Source: Eledone cirrhosa
Lineage: Eukaryota
Direction of reading: 5' to 3'
Length of the DNA stretch: 64,000 nucleotides
NCBI GenBank assembly: GCA_964016885.1
Contig: OZ024746.1
Location: 22,134,001-22,198,000 of the forward strand
This document shows positions 41,251 through 55,330 of the stretch, piece by piece. The notes beneath the pieces are model-generated. The model saw nothing but the letters and a program-made list of their open reading frames with translations. It had not been told where the DNA came from and did no database searches. The position numbers and the translations under genes were made by a program. Within the stretch, counting starts at the first letter, position 1; each line of letters starts with the position of its first letter.

Positions 41251-41579
41251 ATACATGGATGTGTGTGTATGTGTGTGTATGTGTATATATAAGTACAAAT
41301 AAATACTTGCAAGTAAAACCACACACAAACTTTCTCATTCTCTTTTGCTTATTATTCATTTCACACACACTCACACATACATGCCCACATACACACAAAC
41401 ACATTCATACACATACATATATACATGCATACGTACATATAGACATACACACACACATACACATTCATATACACACGCATATATACACACATATTCCACT
41501 ATCAATTTGTATTTGTTTACTTCTGACCTAAAATTTATTCAACTTCTTTCTTTCCAGTTGGCATTACTATCTGAATACC

Positions 41580-43578
41580 TTCACACACACATCAACACAC
41601 ACATCAACACACACACACAACACACCCACATCAACACACACACATCAACACACACACACACATCAACACACCCACATCAACACACACACATCAACGCACA
41701 CACATCAACGCACACACATCAACGCACACACATCAACGCACACACATCAACGCACACACATCAACGCACACACATCAACGCACACACATCAACGCACACA
41801 CATCAACGCACACACATCAACGCACACACATCAACACACACACATCAACACACACACATCAACACACACACTTTAACACACACACATCAACACACACACA
41901 TCAACACACACACATCAACACACACACATCAACACACACACATCAACACACACACATCAACACACACACATCAACACACACACATCAACACACATTAACA
42001 TACACAGACACACACTTACACATCAATGCATCAACACACGCCCATACACATAACACACATATTGACATGTGCAGACACGCACACACCCATACATATATTA
42101 ACAAACATATTAACATGTGCACACACATCAACACACACTCGTATCAACACACACACAAGCACACCAACACACATATCAACACGCACAGACATACACACAC
42201 ATGCAACACACACAAATACACTAACATGCATAGATACACATGCAGACCACACATGTACACACATACATGCACACACCAGCATTCACAATAAACAACTCAA
42301 TTTTTACATACACATGTGTGTGTTGGTGTGTATGTATATGTGCATGCACAAACTCTCACACAATAAATCAATGAATTTTTACACACACAAACACACACAC
42401 ATACTTTTGCACATGCTAATAAATGCACTTCACACACACTCTCTCCCCTCTCTGTCTCTCTCCCCTCTCTCTTGTCGCCCTGTTGCTCCCCCCCCCCGGC
42501 GCCCTGTAGCTCCCCCCCGCGCCCTGTAGCTCCCCCCCGCGCCCTGTAGCTCTCCCCCCCGCGCCCTGTAGCTCTCCCCCCGCGCCCTGTTGCTCCCCCC
42601 CCGCGCCCTGTTGCTCCCCCCGCGCCCTGTTGCTCCCCCTCCGCGCCCTGTTGCCCCCCCCCCCTCGCGCCCTGTTGCTCCCCCCCTCCGCGCCCTGTTG
42701 CTCTCCCCCCTCCGCACCCTGTTGCTCTCCCCACACCCTCTCTCTCTCATTCTCTCTCCCATGCCCCCCCTCTCTCATCCTCTCTCTCCCATGCCCCCCT
42801 CTCTCTCCCATGCCCCCCTCATCCTCTCTCTCCCATGCCCCCCTCTCTCATCCTCTCTCTCCCATGCCCCCTCTTTCATCCTCTCTCTCCCATGCCCCCT
42901 CTTTCATCCTCTCTCTCCCATGCCCCCTCTCTCTCCCATGCCCCCTCTCCCATGCCCCCTCTCTCTCCCATGCCCCCTCTCCCATGCCCCCTCTCTCTCC
43001 CATGCCCCCCTACACTCTTCACTGACCACCATCACCACTAAGTCCACACACTTCATTTACTAACAAGTACTTTGCAGTCCTCCTCAAACAGCAATTTTTC
43101 TTGAAGCTTAAGTGACATGTTTAGGTGTCTGTATGTATGTGTGTGTGGGTGGTTGTCTGTGTGGAGGTATGTGTGTGGGTGTGGCTGTGTGTGTTTGTAT
43201 GGTTCTGTGTGTGTGTATATGTATGTTAGTGTGGCTCTGTGCATATGTGTGTGCAGTTGTGTATGTGTACAGCTGTGTGTGTATGATTGCGTGTGTGTTG
43301 GGTGTGTGTATGATTGCGTGTGTTTGTGGCTGTCGGGGGTGTGTTACTGTGTTGGAGGAGTGTGTGGCTGTGTGTTACTGTGTGTTGGGGGCGTGTGGTT
43401 GTGTGTGTGTTGGGTGTGTTTCTATGGCTCTGTGTGTGTGTGTGTGTATGTTAGTGTGGCTCTGTGTGTGCACGCAGTTGTGTATCTGTGTACAGCTGTG
43501 TGGCTGTGTGTGTATGATTGTGTTTGTGGCTGTGTTGGTGGGGTGGGTGTATGTGTGCGCATTGGAGGAGTGTGTGGG

Positions 43579-43618
<40 letters not shown>

Positions 43619-43630
43619 CTGTCGTGTGTC
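41580..43630. repeat. Satellite patchwork: 14-bp TCAACRCACACACA array, GC-rich CGCGCCCTGTWGCTCCCCCCC array, CTCTCCCATGCCCCC array and a degenerate (GT)n block
   Basis: Blocks at about 41580-42000, 42476-42725, 42750-43010 and 43120-43630. Confidence 0.95.
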
Positions 43631-44725
43631 AGGCTGTGTGTTGGGAGTGGAGGAGGTGTCCCAGTCTGCCCTGGAAATGAAGTCAAACTTTAATTACTTC
43701 ATCTCTCTTTTACCTTTTTCTCTTTTTAGATTTTTTTTATTTTTGAAACATTTTATCAGTTTCTGGTAAGATACATTTACACACGTGTTCAAACGCGCGC
43801 ACACACACATGTATATATATATATACACACACACATGTATATATATATATACACACACACACACAGTTCCTGTCCCACCCTTGCAAGCAGGGAAAAAGCG
43901 GACGTAAAATGAAATGATGATGATGATGACGACACACTCATACATATATTCATACACACATATATATATATATGCACACAGATTCACACATATATGTACA
44001 CACACACACACACATATACATATATATTAGTAGGATAGGTCACCTGATCTGACTTGCCTCACAAAGAGACAATTCATCTAACCCATGCTGGGATCGAAAA
44101 AAATGGTCGGCTGACAACTTCATAGGTTTACCAAGAGACTCTCATGGAATGACCAAATGTGGTTTATTTTTCAGCATAGCCCCTGGAAAAATACAATGCA
44201 GTTATTAATAAAAAGGGTTGAAATTAATGCATGTAAGATTTCACAGCTCTAGCATGACACCTTCACAGTCAGCCTATGAACTTTTAGCTGACCTTCATAT
44301 ATTCCTCTAAGGTTAGCACAGGAGCAAACCTAGGATTTTGTTTCCTTCCTTCCTCCCTTCCTTCCTTCCTTTGTCTGTACTTTCAGTTGTTTATTTCTTT
44401 TTCTGTATATTAATGGGTGTTTAAAACTGTAATTTTAGTTGCTATGACAACTAACACAGGAAACCTTTCTGCCATCACTCTACCTGCTAGAAGTAGCAAC
44501 CAAATCTCACTGAAAATTGAATGTTAGTTAACGTAGTTGTAGTCCTTGATTTATTATGTCTGAAAATAAGAGGGATGATATTGATGATGGTAAGAGCTAA
44601 ATAATATTGGCATTCTTTTACTGTTAGCACCATTACCACCAAGACGGTAACAGAAAGGGGTGGATTGGCAGTATAGGTACAGCATCAGGCATGCTTTGAG
44701 GCATATAGATACATCCATTTACATT

Positions 44726-45217
44726 CATCATCGTTTAACGTCTATCTTCCACACTAGCATGGGTTAGATGGGAAATTGTCTCACTTGAGGCAAGATTGAT
44801 CGGGTGACTGTGTCTCGCTCGTATAGGACTGTATCTGGCAGGTTTTCTATGGCTGGATGCCCTTCCTAACACCAACCACATTTTCAGTGTAGACGGGGAA
44901 CCTTTTTACCGTGTCTTCTACACGACCACCTTACAGTGTGGACTGTGTGTTTTTTTGTCATGATACCTACATGACCTCTTTAGTTTGGACTGGATGTTGT
45001 GGTACCAACATAACTGTACAAAGAAAGGGTGGTGTTGGTGGGAGGATGGGGTAGTGGGTTGGGGTGTATACTCGGTGAAGAGGTGCCTACTGACTGTAAG
45101 TTTACTCTGTCTGTAGGGAAGGTGGGTCTTCTGTATTACTGCGTAGCACTAAAGATCTCGATCCAGTGACATTGTCTGAGAGAGGTGTAAGTGTGCAAGG
45201 TCAGATTTTATCATGTC
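44726..45217 (-). mobile_element. RTE 3' fragment lying between the head and tail of a SINE
   Basis: Matches the reverse complement of about 14000-14520. A SINE head lies at about 44657-44725 and a SINE tail at about 45218-45305. Confidence 0.85.
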
Positions 45218-46214
45218 AATAAGTACCAGTAGCACACTAGGGTTGATTTAATCAACTTTTCCCTCCCCGTTACTGGCCTTGTCCCTAAAGTAGAAACCAT
45301 TATTGTTATTATATAGAAGCTTTAAGACTGTTGAGAAAATGTTGCGTTAGCTATTTTATAAAGATACAACTGTGAGTGTTATATAAATAAGAAACTCACA
45401 GACTTGTATCATAAGAAACCTACCTCACTGTCTATGAATCTTATGTATTTCTTATATTAAATATAATCCTTAAAACCTCTGATCTTCTACAGCTTTCTTT
45501 CTCTATATATCTTCTATGTATCTGCTGTGCCATATCTTAAATCCCTCATACAAACTTAGTTCATCAGTGATAATATCTTTCAACATTTGATAACTGCTAA
45601 CATAAATAAAAGACAACTAATAGAGGAGTTTAGTCTTTGCTCTTTGCTCTCTATCTCTCTCTGTCGCTCTCTCTCTCTGTCGCTCTCTCTCTCTGTGTCA
45701 CTCTCTCTCTCTCTCTCTCTCTGTCGCTCTCTCTCTCTCTCTCTGTCGCTCTCTCTCTCTGTCGCTCTCTCTCTCTCTGTCGCTCTCTCTCTGTCGCTCT
45801 CTCACCTCTCTCTCACCTCTCTCTCTATATATATATATATTTTCCCTCTCTTTCTATCTCACTCCCCTCGCCGTCTTTCTCTCGCTCCTCTTTCTCTATC
45901 TCAGTCACTGCTTTCTGTCTGTCTGTCTCCTCCCTCTCTCTCTCCTTGTCTCTATCTCTGTCTCCCCCTCTCTCTCACTCCACTAACCATTATATAATCT
46001 TACTTTCTTCTCCTTCAAACCAACATCACCCTTAACTTAAACTTTCACTACAAAATATGTTTGCACCAAACACAGACTTCTAACATTTCAAACAATATAT
46101 CAGCCTCTCTCACCTTAACTCAATTATCTAACCCTTTAGTTCCCAAAGTGTCACTCTATGGTGTATCCACTGAGTGGAATAGCTTAGGAAAAATAAAACA
46201 ACTTTGGCTTTTTC

Positions 46215-46722
46215 ATTATCACCATCATCGCCGCCGCCACCACCACCATCGCCACCACCACCACCACCATCATCATTGCCACCACCACCACCACCACCAT
46301 CATCATCGGCACCACCATCATCATCATCATCATCATCGCCACCACCACCATCATCATCGCCACCACCACCATCATCATCGCCACCACCACCATCATCATC
46401 GCCACCACCACCATCATCATCGCCACCACCACCATCATCATCGCCACCACCACCATCATCATCGCCACCACCACCATCATCATCGCCACCACCGCCACCA
46501 TCATCGCCACCACCACCATCATCATCGCCACCACCGCCACCACCACCATTATCATCATCGCCACCACCACCATCATCATCATCATCACCATCATCATCAT
46601 CGCCACCACCATCATCATCGCCACCACCACCACCATCATCATCGCCACCACCACCACCATCATCATCATCACCACCACCACCATCATCATCGCCACCACC
46701 ACCATCATCGCCATCATCATCA
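46215..46722. repeat. CAC/CAT trinucleotide array with a 21-bp higher-order unit CGCCACCACCACCATCATCAT; similar tracts at 680-775, 8396-8745 and 56660-57085
   Basis: Read directly from the sequence. Confidence 0.97.
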
Positions 46723-47078
46723 TGGCAACCTATTTACCATGAACACATTGGTTAGATGGACTGTTGTGCTACAAGTCTAAAAAGGTCAAATAACCTTGTC
46801 TTACTGACATGCACCATTTTTAGCTTGGTTTTCTATGGCTGGATGCTCTTTGTGATCCCAAACACTTTACAGTGTATATTGGGAGCTTTTTGTTGTGGAA
46901 TCAGTATGACCACTTTACAGAGTGGACTATATATATTTGTTACTATATCAAGGGTTAAACTAATATATATCTTCATTGTACTGTATTGTTTGCATTGTTG
47001 ATTTTCTTTTACTTTTCACATATATATAAATTGATAACTCACGTTAGCCTCCATGTCAACAAATCAATTTAAATTCTC

Positions 47079-47133
<55 letters not shown>

Positions 47134-47179
47134 CATACTTGGCCAATTGTGGGTTGTGAGGCTATTTAACCCATAGTTA

Positions 47180-47370
47180 GGGTGGATGGCAGTTGACTCT
47201 GAGGAGTTCATCCACCCTTTTAACAGCTCTTGTTTATTTGTGTTGTTGGGCTTCCACTTACGCTCCTCAAGGTCTGGTGGGGGAGCAGGTTTAGTTGTTG
47301 ACCACTCGACCATGAAGCAGGTTGTACTGGGTTACATGGTACCAGTAGGAGGCAGAAGTCTGACCTGTAA
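47180..47370 (-). mobile_element. Solo copy of the RTE-type 5' head, about 160 bp upstream of the large exon
   Basis: CAGGTTGTACTGGGTTACATGGTACCAGTAG matches the reverse complement of about 40645-40675. Confidence 0.65.
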
Positions 47371-47529
47371 TCAGCTATCCAATTCTTGGTAGTGTTGAAG
47401 AATGAAATGATGATGATGATGATGAATATGAGATAACTGATAATTAATATCTGATAATTAAACAATTAATATTAATTATGTCTCCAATGATGCTTAACGT
47501 CTAATTTTCTTTTTTCTTTTTAATTTCAG

Positions 47530-48491
47530 GTTCATCTGTTGACTTATCACGGGCTCTATTGTCCATCTATGACAGGTTTTTAAATGTCAATGAAGACGAT
47601 GTACAAGAGCAAACAGAAACCTGTTGCACTGACAAAGGTGACCAACAATCTATTTGCCAACAACCTGCAATGTACCAAAGTGACCAAGGGACCAGTCCAT
47701 CCTTACTTTCTTCTTCATCATCTCCGCCGCCAACGTCTTCTCTTGCTGCTACAGCTGCTGTTGAGCAGCAACAGAGTAATAAAACTGATTTCGACCAAAC
47801 AGATGCAGCAGCTTCTCACACGACCAACCTGTGTGCTGGTAGCACACTTGACAATGCTGCCTTGGACAGTCGAAAAAGACCTTTAAGTATCAGTTCAATG
47901 TCATCAGCTTCATCATCATCTCTCCCTAGACACAGTCGATACAAACGATTAAACATGACAGACATGGAAATTGTTATCAATGGAAACAACCAGAATATGG
48001 TTTCAGGTCCTACGATTGTTGTGGATAATATTGACCAGGACTCGGTGGTTAGTTCAGAAGAATTTATAGATACGGTATCAGTTACTTCATCTTTCGATGG
48101 GGCAGTGAGAGGATTTGAAGAAGACCGGACTTCAGCTCCAGACCAGTCAACTAATTGCCAAAAATTGACAATTGACCATCAACCTGAAGGAAACGAAGAG
48201 GAAGAAGATTCTATGACATCTAGTAATTATTCACCGCCAAGCCATGCACAAAATGACAACAGGTTGAAGTATGGGTCAAATGAGAGAGAGAAAAGTTGTT
48301 CTCCAGTCCCTACACTCCATGAATTAACAGATAATGACTGTAAACAATCTCTTCCTGATGATGATGGGGAAGAGGTGACAGATATCCATTCCACTTCTCT
48401 GACTCACTATGTTTCTTACACTGAAAGAGTGGTTTCTGAAATTGTTGAAACTGAACGGACTTATGTAAAAAGCCTAAAAGAAATCAAAGAA
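47530..48491 (+). CDS. PLEKHG1: Large internal coding exon of a PLEKHG1/2/3-family RhoGEF: Ser/acidic N-terminal region plus the start of the DH domain
   Basis: Polypyrimidine tract and AG acceptor at 47528-47529, open frame for 962 nt (starts in phase 1), GTAAGT donor at 48492 (phase 0). It ends in VSYTERVVSEIVETERTYVKSLKEIKE, which resembles the PLEKHG1-type DH start (YVDRVVQEILETERTYV, recalled). RPLSISSMSSASSSS resembles the N-terminal RPxS motif of PLEKHG1/3. The symbol names the closest family, not a proven one-to-one orthologue. Confidence 0.9.
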
Positions 48492-51214
48492 GTAAGTCAT
48501 TTAAGCCTTTCTGATATTTTGTTTTAAATTTTTTATTTTTACTAAATTTAAATGGTAGAGAACTAATCTAAATGTTTTACAGTATCCAAAGATAAAGGTG
48601 GAGGTTGATATTCCTGAGTTCTGTTTCCTACATGGGTCAATTTAATATTTTATTAGTCTGAGGTTAACTTCATCAGCTTGCAGTGCTAAGTTCAAATCCT
48701 TTTATTGCTAATTAAAGAAAGCAACCCAGGGAAGTTGTGTAGCCAAAATCTCTATGTGATCAGTAGATAGTATCAGCAATGGAAAGATCAATAGAAACAC
48801 TGTTTCCTGGGTTCAATTGGACGAGATCCATCCCACTGGATAAGTAGATCAGGTCTGGGAACTTGTCGATTGTTTCCATAAATTTCCATACATAAAATAT
48901 ATAATTACATGTTGGTAGAAATAAAGAAAAAAAGGGATAAAGGGGTTGATCCTTAAAGTAGATGAAGGAAATACCATTCCACCACCCCTGGACTGGTTCT
49001 TAATTTATTGACCTCAAAAGTTGACCTTGGTGGCATTTAATTCAAAGTGCAGAGAGCCAGAACAAATGCTGCAAAACATTAAAAGCAACACTCTAACAAC
49101 TCCACCAATATACCACTGAGTAAATAGAACAAATAGAACCAATAAAAAGAAGCCATTTTATTAATAATAGAGTAGTGAGGACATACCAGTTCAAAGTGAG
49201 GCTTTACTAATTTAAAGTAAGATTAAGGATTTCAAAATGAGATTAACGCGCGCACACACACACACACACATAGACGCAGACACAGACACACACACACACA
49301 CATATTATGTGTCTGTTTGTTGTCTTGCTCATTTACGTTTTGCTTTTGACTTGGTTTCTATGGCTGGATGCAGTTTATTGTGACACCAACACTACTACGT
49401 CACAGTATGGATTGTAGGCATTTTATCTTGGCACCAGCACTTCTACTTTCCAGAAACAGCACTGTATCTGATTGCATATCTGAAATATTGAATTTGTAGC
49501 TTGTTCCTCAGTATTTCACAGACTACTGCAACCCAGCAGAGCTCACTGGTTGGTTTTCTGGCAATCACTCAGCCACAACAACTCCAAAGTATCATTGCAA
49601 CTACTTATTCAGTTTCCTGGTTGAGAAGAACCATTAATAGCTTCAATAATTCGTTTCATCTGAGACTTAACCAAATAGTTTATCCTGTAAATTTTAGGAA
49701 TATTATCTTCTCATTTATTTTTCCCTAACTAAATATTGGTTTTGATAAAAAGCTGATATCTCTCACTATTTTTCTTACACTTGTCTGGAAACTGTTTCAA
49801 AACATAATGTAACCAAGATCTCTCAATCCCCTCTCCCTGCTAAGAAAGAAAACATCAATTCTCACTTTTAGCATCAATTCTCACTTTTAGATTTCGTTTT
49901 TCTAATGAATCCCTTCCCCTGCCACTACCCAGCTTAAGACAAGAGCACCTTACCAACTTCTAGTGACATTCTTTCTTAGTTATTCCAAATTGTTTTCAGC
50001 AGCCATCCCCATGAACACTGCCCTTGTTTATTTTAGTTACTAGTGAACACATGTTCAACAGATGTCCAAATTTTGATGCCACACATTCCAAGACAACTAT
50101 TTTTTCTTTTTTTACAAATTGTCCTTCCTTTGTCGCTCATGTCAGTACCACTCTCTCATATATAACTTAGTTTAAATTATAGTCAACTGTCTTTTTAGTG
50201 TTTAGCATTATTACACTTCCCAGGTGCTTCGTACTATTAACAGAGATATTTTAGATTTCACCAATGATAAAACCAGAGATACATATGATATCTATGGGAT
50301 ACATTGCAGACTGGAATGGAATGAAAGGGAAGGGATCTCCTTTGGTTACCATGATGAGTGATCCAGTTGCTTGATCAACAGAATGGCCTGTTTGTGAAAT
50401 TAACATGCAAGTAGTAGTAGTGCTGGTGCCATGAAAAAAGGCACACTCAATACACTGTAAAGTAGTAGTGTTGGTGCCAAGAAAAAATGCACCCAGTACA
50501 TTCTGTAAAGTAGTAGCATTGATGCCAAGAAAGAATGTAGCCAGCACACCCTATAAAGTGGGAGTGCTGGTGCCACAAAACATGCACACACTACACTCTG
50601 TACAGTGATAGTGCTTATGCCAAGAAAAAAATGCACCCAGTACACTCTGTAAAGTAGTAGTGAATGTGCCATGAAAAAAATGAACCAAGTACACTCTATA
50701 AAGTGATAATGGTGGTGCGACAAAAATACCCTCCTAGTACACCCTGCAAGGTGGCTGCAAGGACACCCATGAAGCTCATAGAAAATATAAAAAACTCACA
50801 CAGAAATAACTGCAAATATTGTCAATTGCTATATATATAATAGGTTAGAAAATCGGGTAAAATACCCCTATGGACAAAAAATAGTGGCCAACAGCTGCCA
50901 TGGAGAATCAAACTCTTTATCTTTCAGATACTGGCTCCCTGCTCTAACAATTGAGCTAAACAACCTCTGACAAATTAAGAAGCTAAGTCTTCCAGTTTTT
51001 AAATGTAAACATTGTATGTAAAGCATAACACTTTTCAAGAGGCGCACCTGAGAAATTATGAAATTCAGAGTAAATGTAAGAAATTTAGATGCAGAAATAA
51101 CTGTAAATACAGTCGATTATTATAAATGATAGTTTTGAAAATCAGGTAAAATACCCCTATGGACAGAAAAAGGATGCTTGACATAGGATCATAATGTTGT
51201 CAGTTTGATAAGCT

Positions 51215-51400
51215 GCTTCATTGTATTCTTGAGCAAAACACTTCACTTCACATTGCTCCTGTACACTCAGCTGAGATGAGTACTAGCAATAGCTGGTGAG
51301 TTAAACCTGTGATAGACCAGCATCCTATGCAAAGAGAGTGTTGTACTCTGTCACTTAATGCCATGTAAACTGGAGATAAACACTGGTCTGATGAGCCTTC
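51215..51400 (+). mobile_element. Old MetaSINE-like body
   Basis: TTCTTGAGCAAAACACTT...AACCTGTGATAGACCAGCATCC...AAACTGGAGATAAACACTGGTCTGATGAGCC resembles broadly distributed metazoan SINE central and 3' domains (recalled). Confidence 0.55.
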
Positions 51401-52059
51401 AGCTTCTAACAGGCCTTAACTGTAACTTACGCACTAGAAACTTTAAGTCTAATGTATTTATATTGTAATAGTTAATGTTTCAATATATGAAGGTGCATGG
51501 TTAAAGTGTTGAACTCAGGATCATAAGTTTGTGGGTTCAATTCTTGGACTGGGCAGCACCTTGTGTTCTTAAGCAAGATACTTTATTTTATGTTGCTTCT
51601 TCTAACAGGAGTTGCAACCAGCCAGCAGATAGTATCATAGTATCAGTAATGGAAAAAACAACCAATAGAAACATTGTTTCCTTCATTCCATTTGATGTTT
51701 GGCTCTTTTAGTTTCATTTTTTCTTTTTTTTCTAAATGGAACATTTTTCTAAATGGTTAAAACAATATGATTGATTAGATTAATTAGTGTGTCAGTCTGT
51801 TATAACTTTGTTTCATTGTGTGCTGTGGTATCATTGGAGTTGTGCTATGATATAATTAGACTATTGTGACCTAGTTATAAAGTCTGTCATTACTTAGAAC
51901 AGGTTTAGGCAACCTTTTTTTTAGCACGGAACATTATGGGATATTGATCATAAATCAGGCCAAACCACTAAAAGAATATTGTTACAAACATTTGTATGTT
52001 GTAGAGACTACACTATTACAATAAATAAATCTGATATGGAGAAAGAAGTGAAATTGTTC

Positions 52060-52340
52060 AAATTAAGGGTTTACGATAGAAAGAGCTACAAGATAAGGGT
52101 TTATACAATTGAGATAAAGGGCTACAAGTTAATAAGGGTTTATACAATTGGAATAAAGGGCTACAAGCTAATGGAGTCTATAATTATAAAATAAAGGGCT
52201 ACAAGCTAATGGAGTTTATAATTATAAAATAAAGGGCTACAAGCTAATGAGGGAGTCTCTAATTATGAGATAAAGGGCAATAAGTTAATAAGGGTTTATA
52301 TAATTGACATAAAGAGTTACAAGCTAATGAGGGAATCTCT
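52060..52340. repeat. Degenerate tandem repeat of about 40 bp; other short arrays at 14707-14860, 19379-19540, 34210-34350 and 35905-36115
   Basis: Recurrent ATAAAGGGCTACAAGCTAAT unit. Confidence 0.85.
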
Positions 52341-53794
52341 ACGTTGTTACTTGATTTACTATAAATATCTGCAAAATCTCCCTCAAATCACCTCCATCCC
52401 AACCCCCATCTTAGAAATGGAGATGTTGGATAATATGGCCTGTGCTTCCATTACATAGGAAAAAGAAGAGATGGTCACAGTTGGAATGCTTTTGATCAAA
52501 AAGTCTACTTGATCTAGGCTGACCATGTGCACAGCAATAACAACAGCATTAACAACACAGCAATAACAGCATAATGTGTTAACATGTGTTGTGAGTTTGT
52601 CATGCTTGACTTTAAGGTTGATCTGTGACCTAGTTGAAGAATGTAATGTTATAATGTAATGAGTCATATATAAAGAATGTTATATGACCTTGTTAGAGAA
52701 TCCATAAACCTTGACTTAGTATTTAAGGAGTTTTAATTAGAGCATATCATGTGATTTAGATGAATATTTTATTATGGCCTATATAAGAAAATATGTTCAG
52801 CTATATTTAATTTAACTACAGTTAGTCCACTTGAGCTTCACACTTGTACGGGCTTTTGTTTGTGTAAGGTCTTCATGAAAGAAATGAATGCCACATCCTC
52901 CTGTTTATTTCCTTCATCCTTTATTGGTTTTGGGGTTTCTGGTTTAATTATTTAGTACAAGAGTATAGGACTCTTTTCCCTCCTTCTCACTTCGCTCATT
53001 CTCTATCCTTCTGCTGTATTCAGACATGAATACCTTAAAATGCCTTAGAAATGTTGTATGTCAATACAGTGCCCTTACAATTCCCTCAGAAATTACAAGA
53101 TCATGTATGTATTAAATCTTAAGCACATCTGTTTAGTAGAGGCCCACTTCTCTTTAAATTATACTCACAAAAGAAGCTGAATTCAGGACTTCAAGCTAAG
53201 AAACTCTCATCAATTTTATAGTGCTGCTACTTGGTGCTAGGTGAGCTGTTATCCTGCAGTATTAATGTAGTTTGGTATACAGGGTCAACTGAGAGTTAAG
53301 TAGTGTCTTGAGACAATGGATATGGTAAAGGGCTGGTTACAGAACATAGTGAAGAGCTATAATAGCAGGGGACACTTGCCAAAGTATCCTACAGTAGAAT
53401 CAAACTTGGAACCATAGAATTGTGATGCACATCTCTTAACCACACAGCTATGCATTTACTTTTTATTTAATTTCTAAAATCAGTGGTTAAAGTTTATAAC
53501 TACATCAATTTTGGCATCCAAAATTATCAGTGTTGTCCTTCTGTATTCTATCTTGTTTTAATTAAAGAAATTACAGTCTAGAAAAGTGACTTATAGAGGC
53601 GTTATTCTAATGGTAAACAGTAATGAACTGTCTTCAGCACACAAGGAATGTTTCTCTAATGACTTTTACTTCTTCTAATTGATTGATCCTTAACTGGCAG
53701 TAGCATCTCTCAAGAATTCCTCATTTTACTGAACTGAACAGTGAAGTACTTGTTTCTAAACAGGACAACTTACTCAAACAGAAAGTTGATTAAC

Positions 53795-54435
53795 TTGACT
53801 ACTGCTGTTGCTGCTGTTACTATTACTGTTGTTGGTACTGTTGCTGCTGCTGCTACAGTTGCTGTTGTTGCTACTGTTGCTGCTACTGTTGCTGCTGCTG
53901 CCACTGTTATTACTATTACTATTGTTGCTACTGTTGCTGCTGTTATTTTTGTTACTGCTGTCACTATTGCTACTGCTGCTGATACTGTTGCTGTTATCAA
54001 TTGCTACAAATGGCTTATTATTCATTAAAGAGATTGACTATCATATACATATGCCGTGAGAGTTAACTGCCAAATTCCAACGAAACCAGCTTCATGTTTC
54101 TTCAATCTTGTCATTCTAAGGTTAACACTTCTGAAACTAACCTGCCTGAAACTGCCATTGCCTCTCATATAAAACTGTTTGTTTTAAAGAGTTTATATAT
54201 ATATATATATATATACATATATACATGTACATACATATATATATATATACATGTACATACATATATATATATATATATATATACATGTACATACATATAT
54301 ATATATATATACATGTACATACATATATATATATATATATACATATACATACATATATATATATATACATATACATACATATATATACATATACATACAT
54401 ACACATACATACATATTTATATATATATATATATA
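53795..54435. repeat. (CTG/TTG/CTA)n tract at 53795-54000 and TA/TACA tract at 54195-54435
   Basis: Read directly from the sequence. Confidence 0.95.
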
Positions 54436-54792
54436 AAAGTATGTAAAAGTTCTATTTAAATTGTTGGGATACAACGAGCAAATATTTTTATAACTGATAT
54501 AAAGCACTCAACAAATATTTGGAGTAAAAATACGATATTAATAAATGGAAACTATATTTATAAAACCATATTTATTTCATTATACATATTTCAAGGACAC
54601 CAAGTTAAATTATGGTGTGCTTTATATATATATATATATATATATATACAGATAAATCTACCACTCAATGGTAGGGTCTAAACCGTATAAAGAACTCAAT
54701 GTAATCCGTATGTAGATGTCGTGAAGCAAAGTTTAAAATACAAACATTTTTTTATCAACGATATAATTCAATTGGATACAGAGTCAAAATAA

Positions 54793-55015
<223 letters not shown>

Positions 55016-55024
55016 ATATATATA

Positions 55025-55330
55025 ATAAGCAGTAAATTGACAGAGTCATTAGAATGTCGCTTTGAGGTGTTTATTTTTCAGCTCTCTACTATCTGTGTTC
55101 AAATTCCACTCGCCGTCAATAAAAAGGTACCAGTCAAGTACTGGGGTAGATTCTTCCACTATATATCCTTCTCACTTCTATTCTCTCACTTTCTATCCTT
55201 CTCTGGAAGAAATCTGCTGTATTCAGACCTGGAGAGGAGATGGGCTCCTTCAGGTTTAAAAATGCCCTAGAAATACAGTATGTCAATATGGTGCCCTTAA
55301 AATTCCCTCAAGAGTACAAGACCATGCATG
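55025..55330 (+). mobile_element. Nin-core SINE variant with a different long 3' tail; copies at about 6500-6732 and 20990-21258, tail-only copies at about 5430-5615 and 52970-53105
   Basis: GTACCAGTC..TACTGGGGT followed by ...GAAATCTGCTGTATTCAGACCTG...CAGGTTTAAAAATGCCCT...TGTCAATATGGTGC. The copies at 5430 and 20990 end in CCATACCA. Confidence 0.7.

Noticed and set aside
46061-46780. 239-aa poly-His ORF and overlapping Pro/Ser ORF
   Set aside because: A CAC/CAT repeat with no convincing splice context. Similar tracts recur throughout the window.
51360-51420. Hammerhead core CTGATGA at 51388-51394
   Set aside because: No stem II followed by GAAA. It is part of a decayed SINE 3' region.
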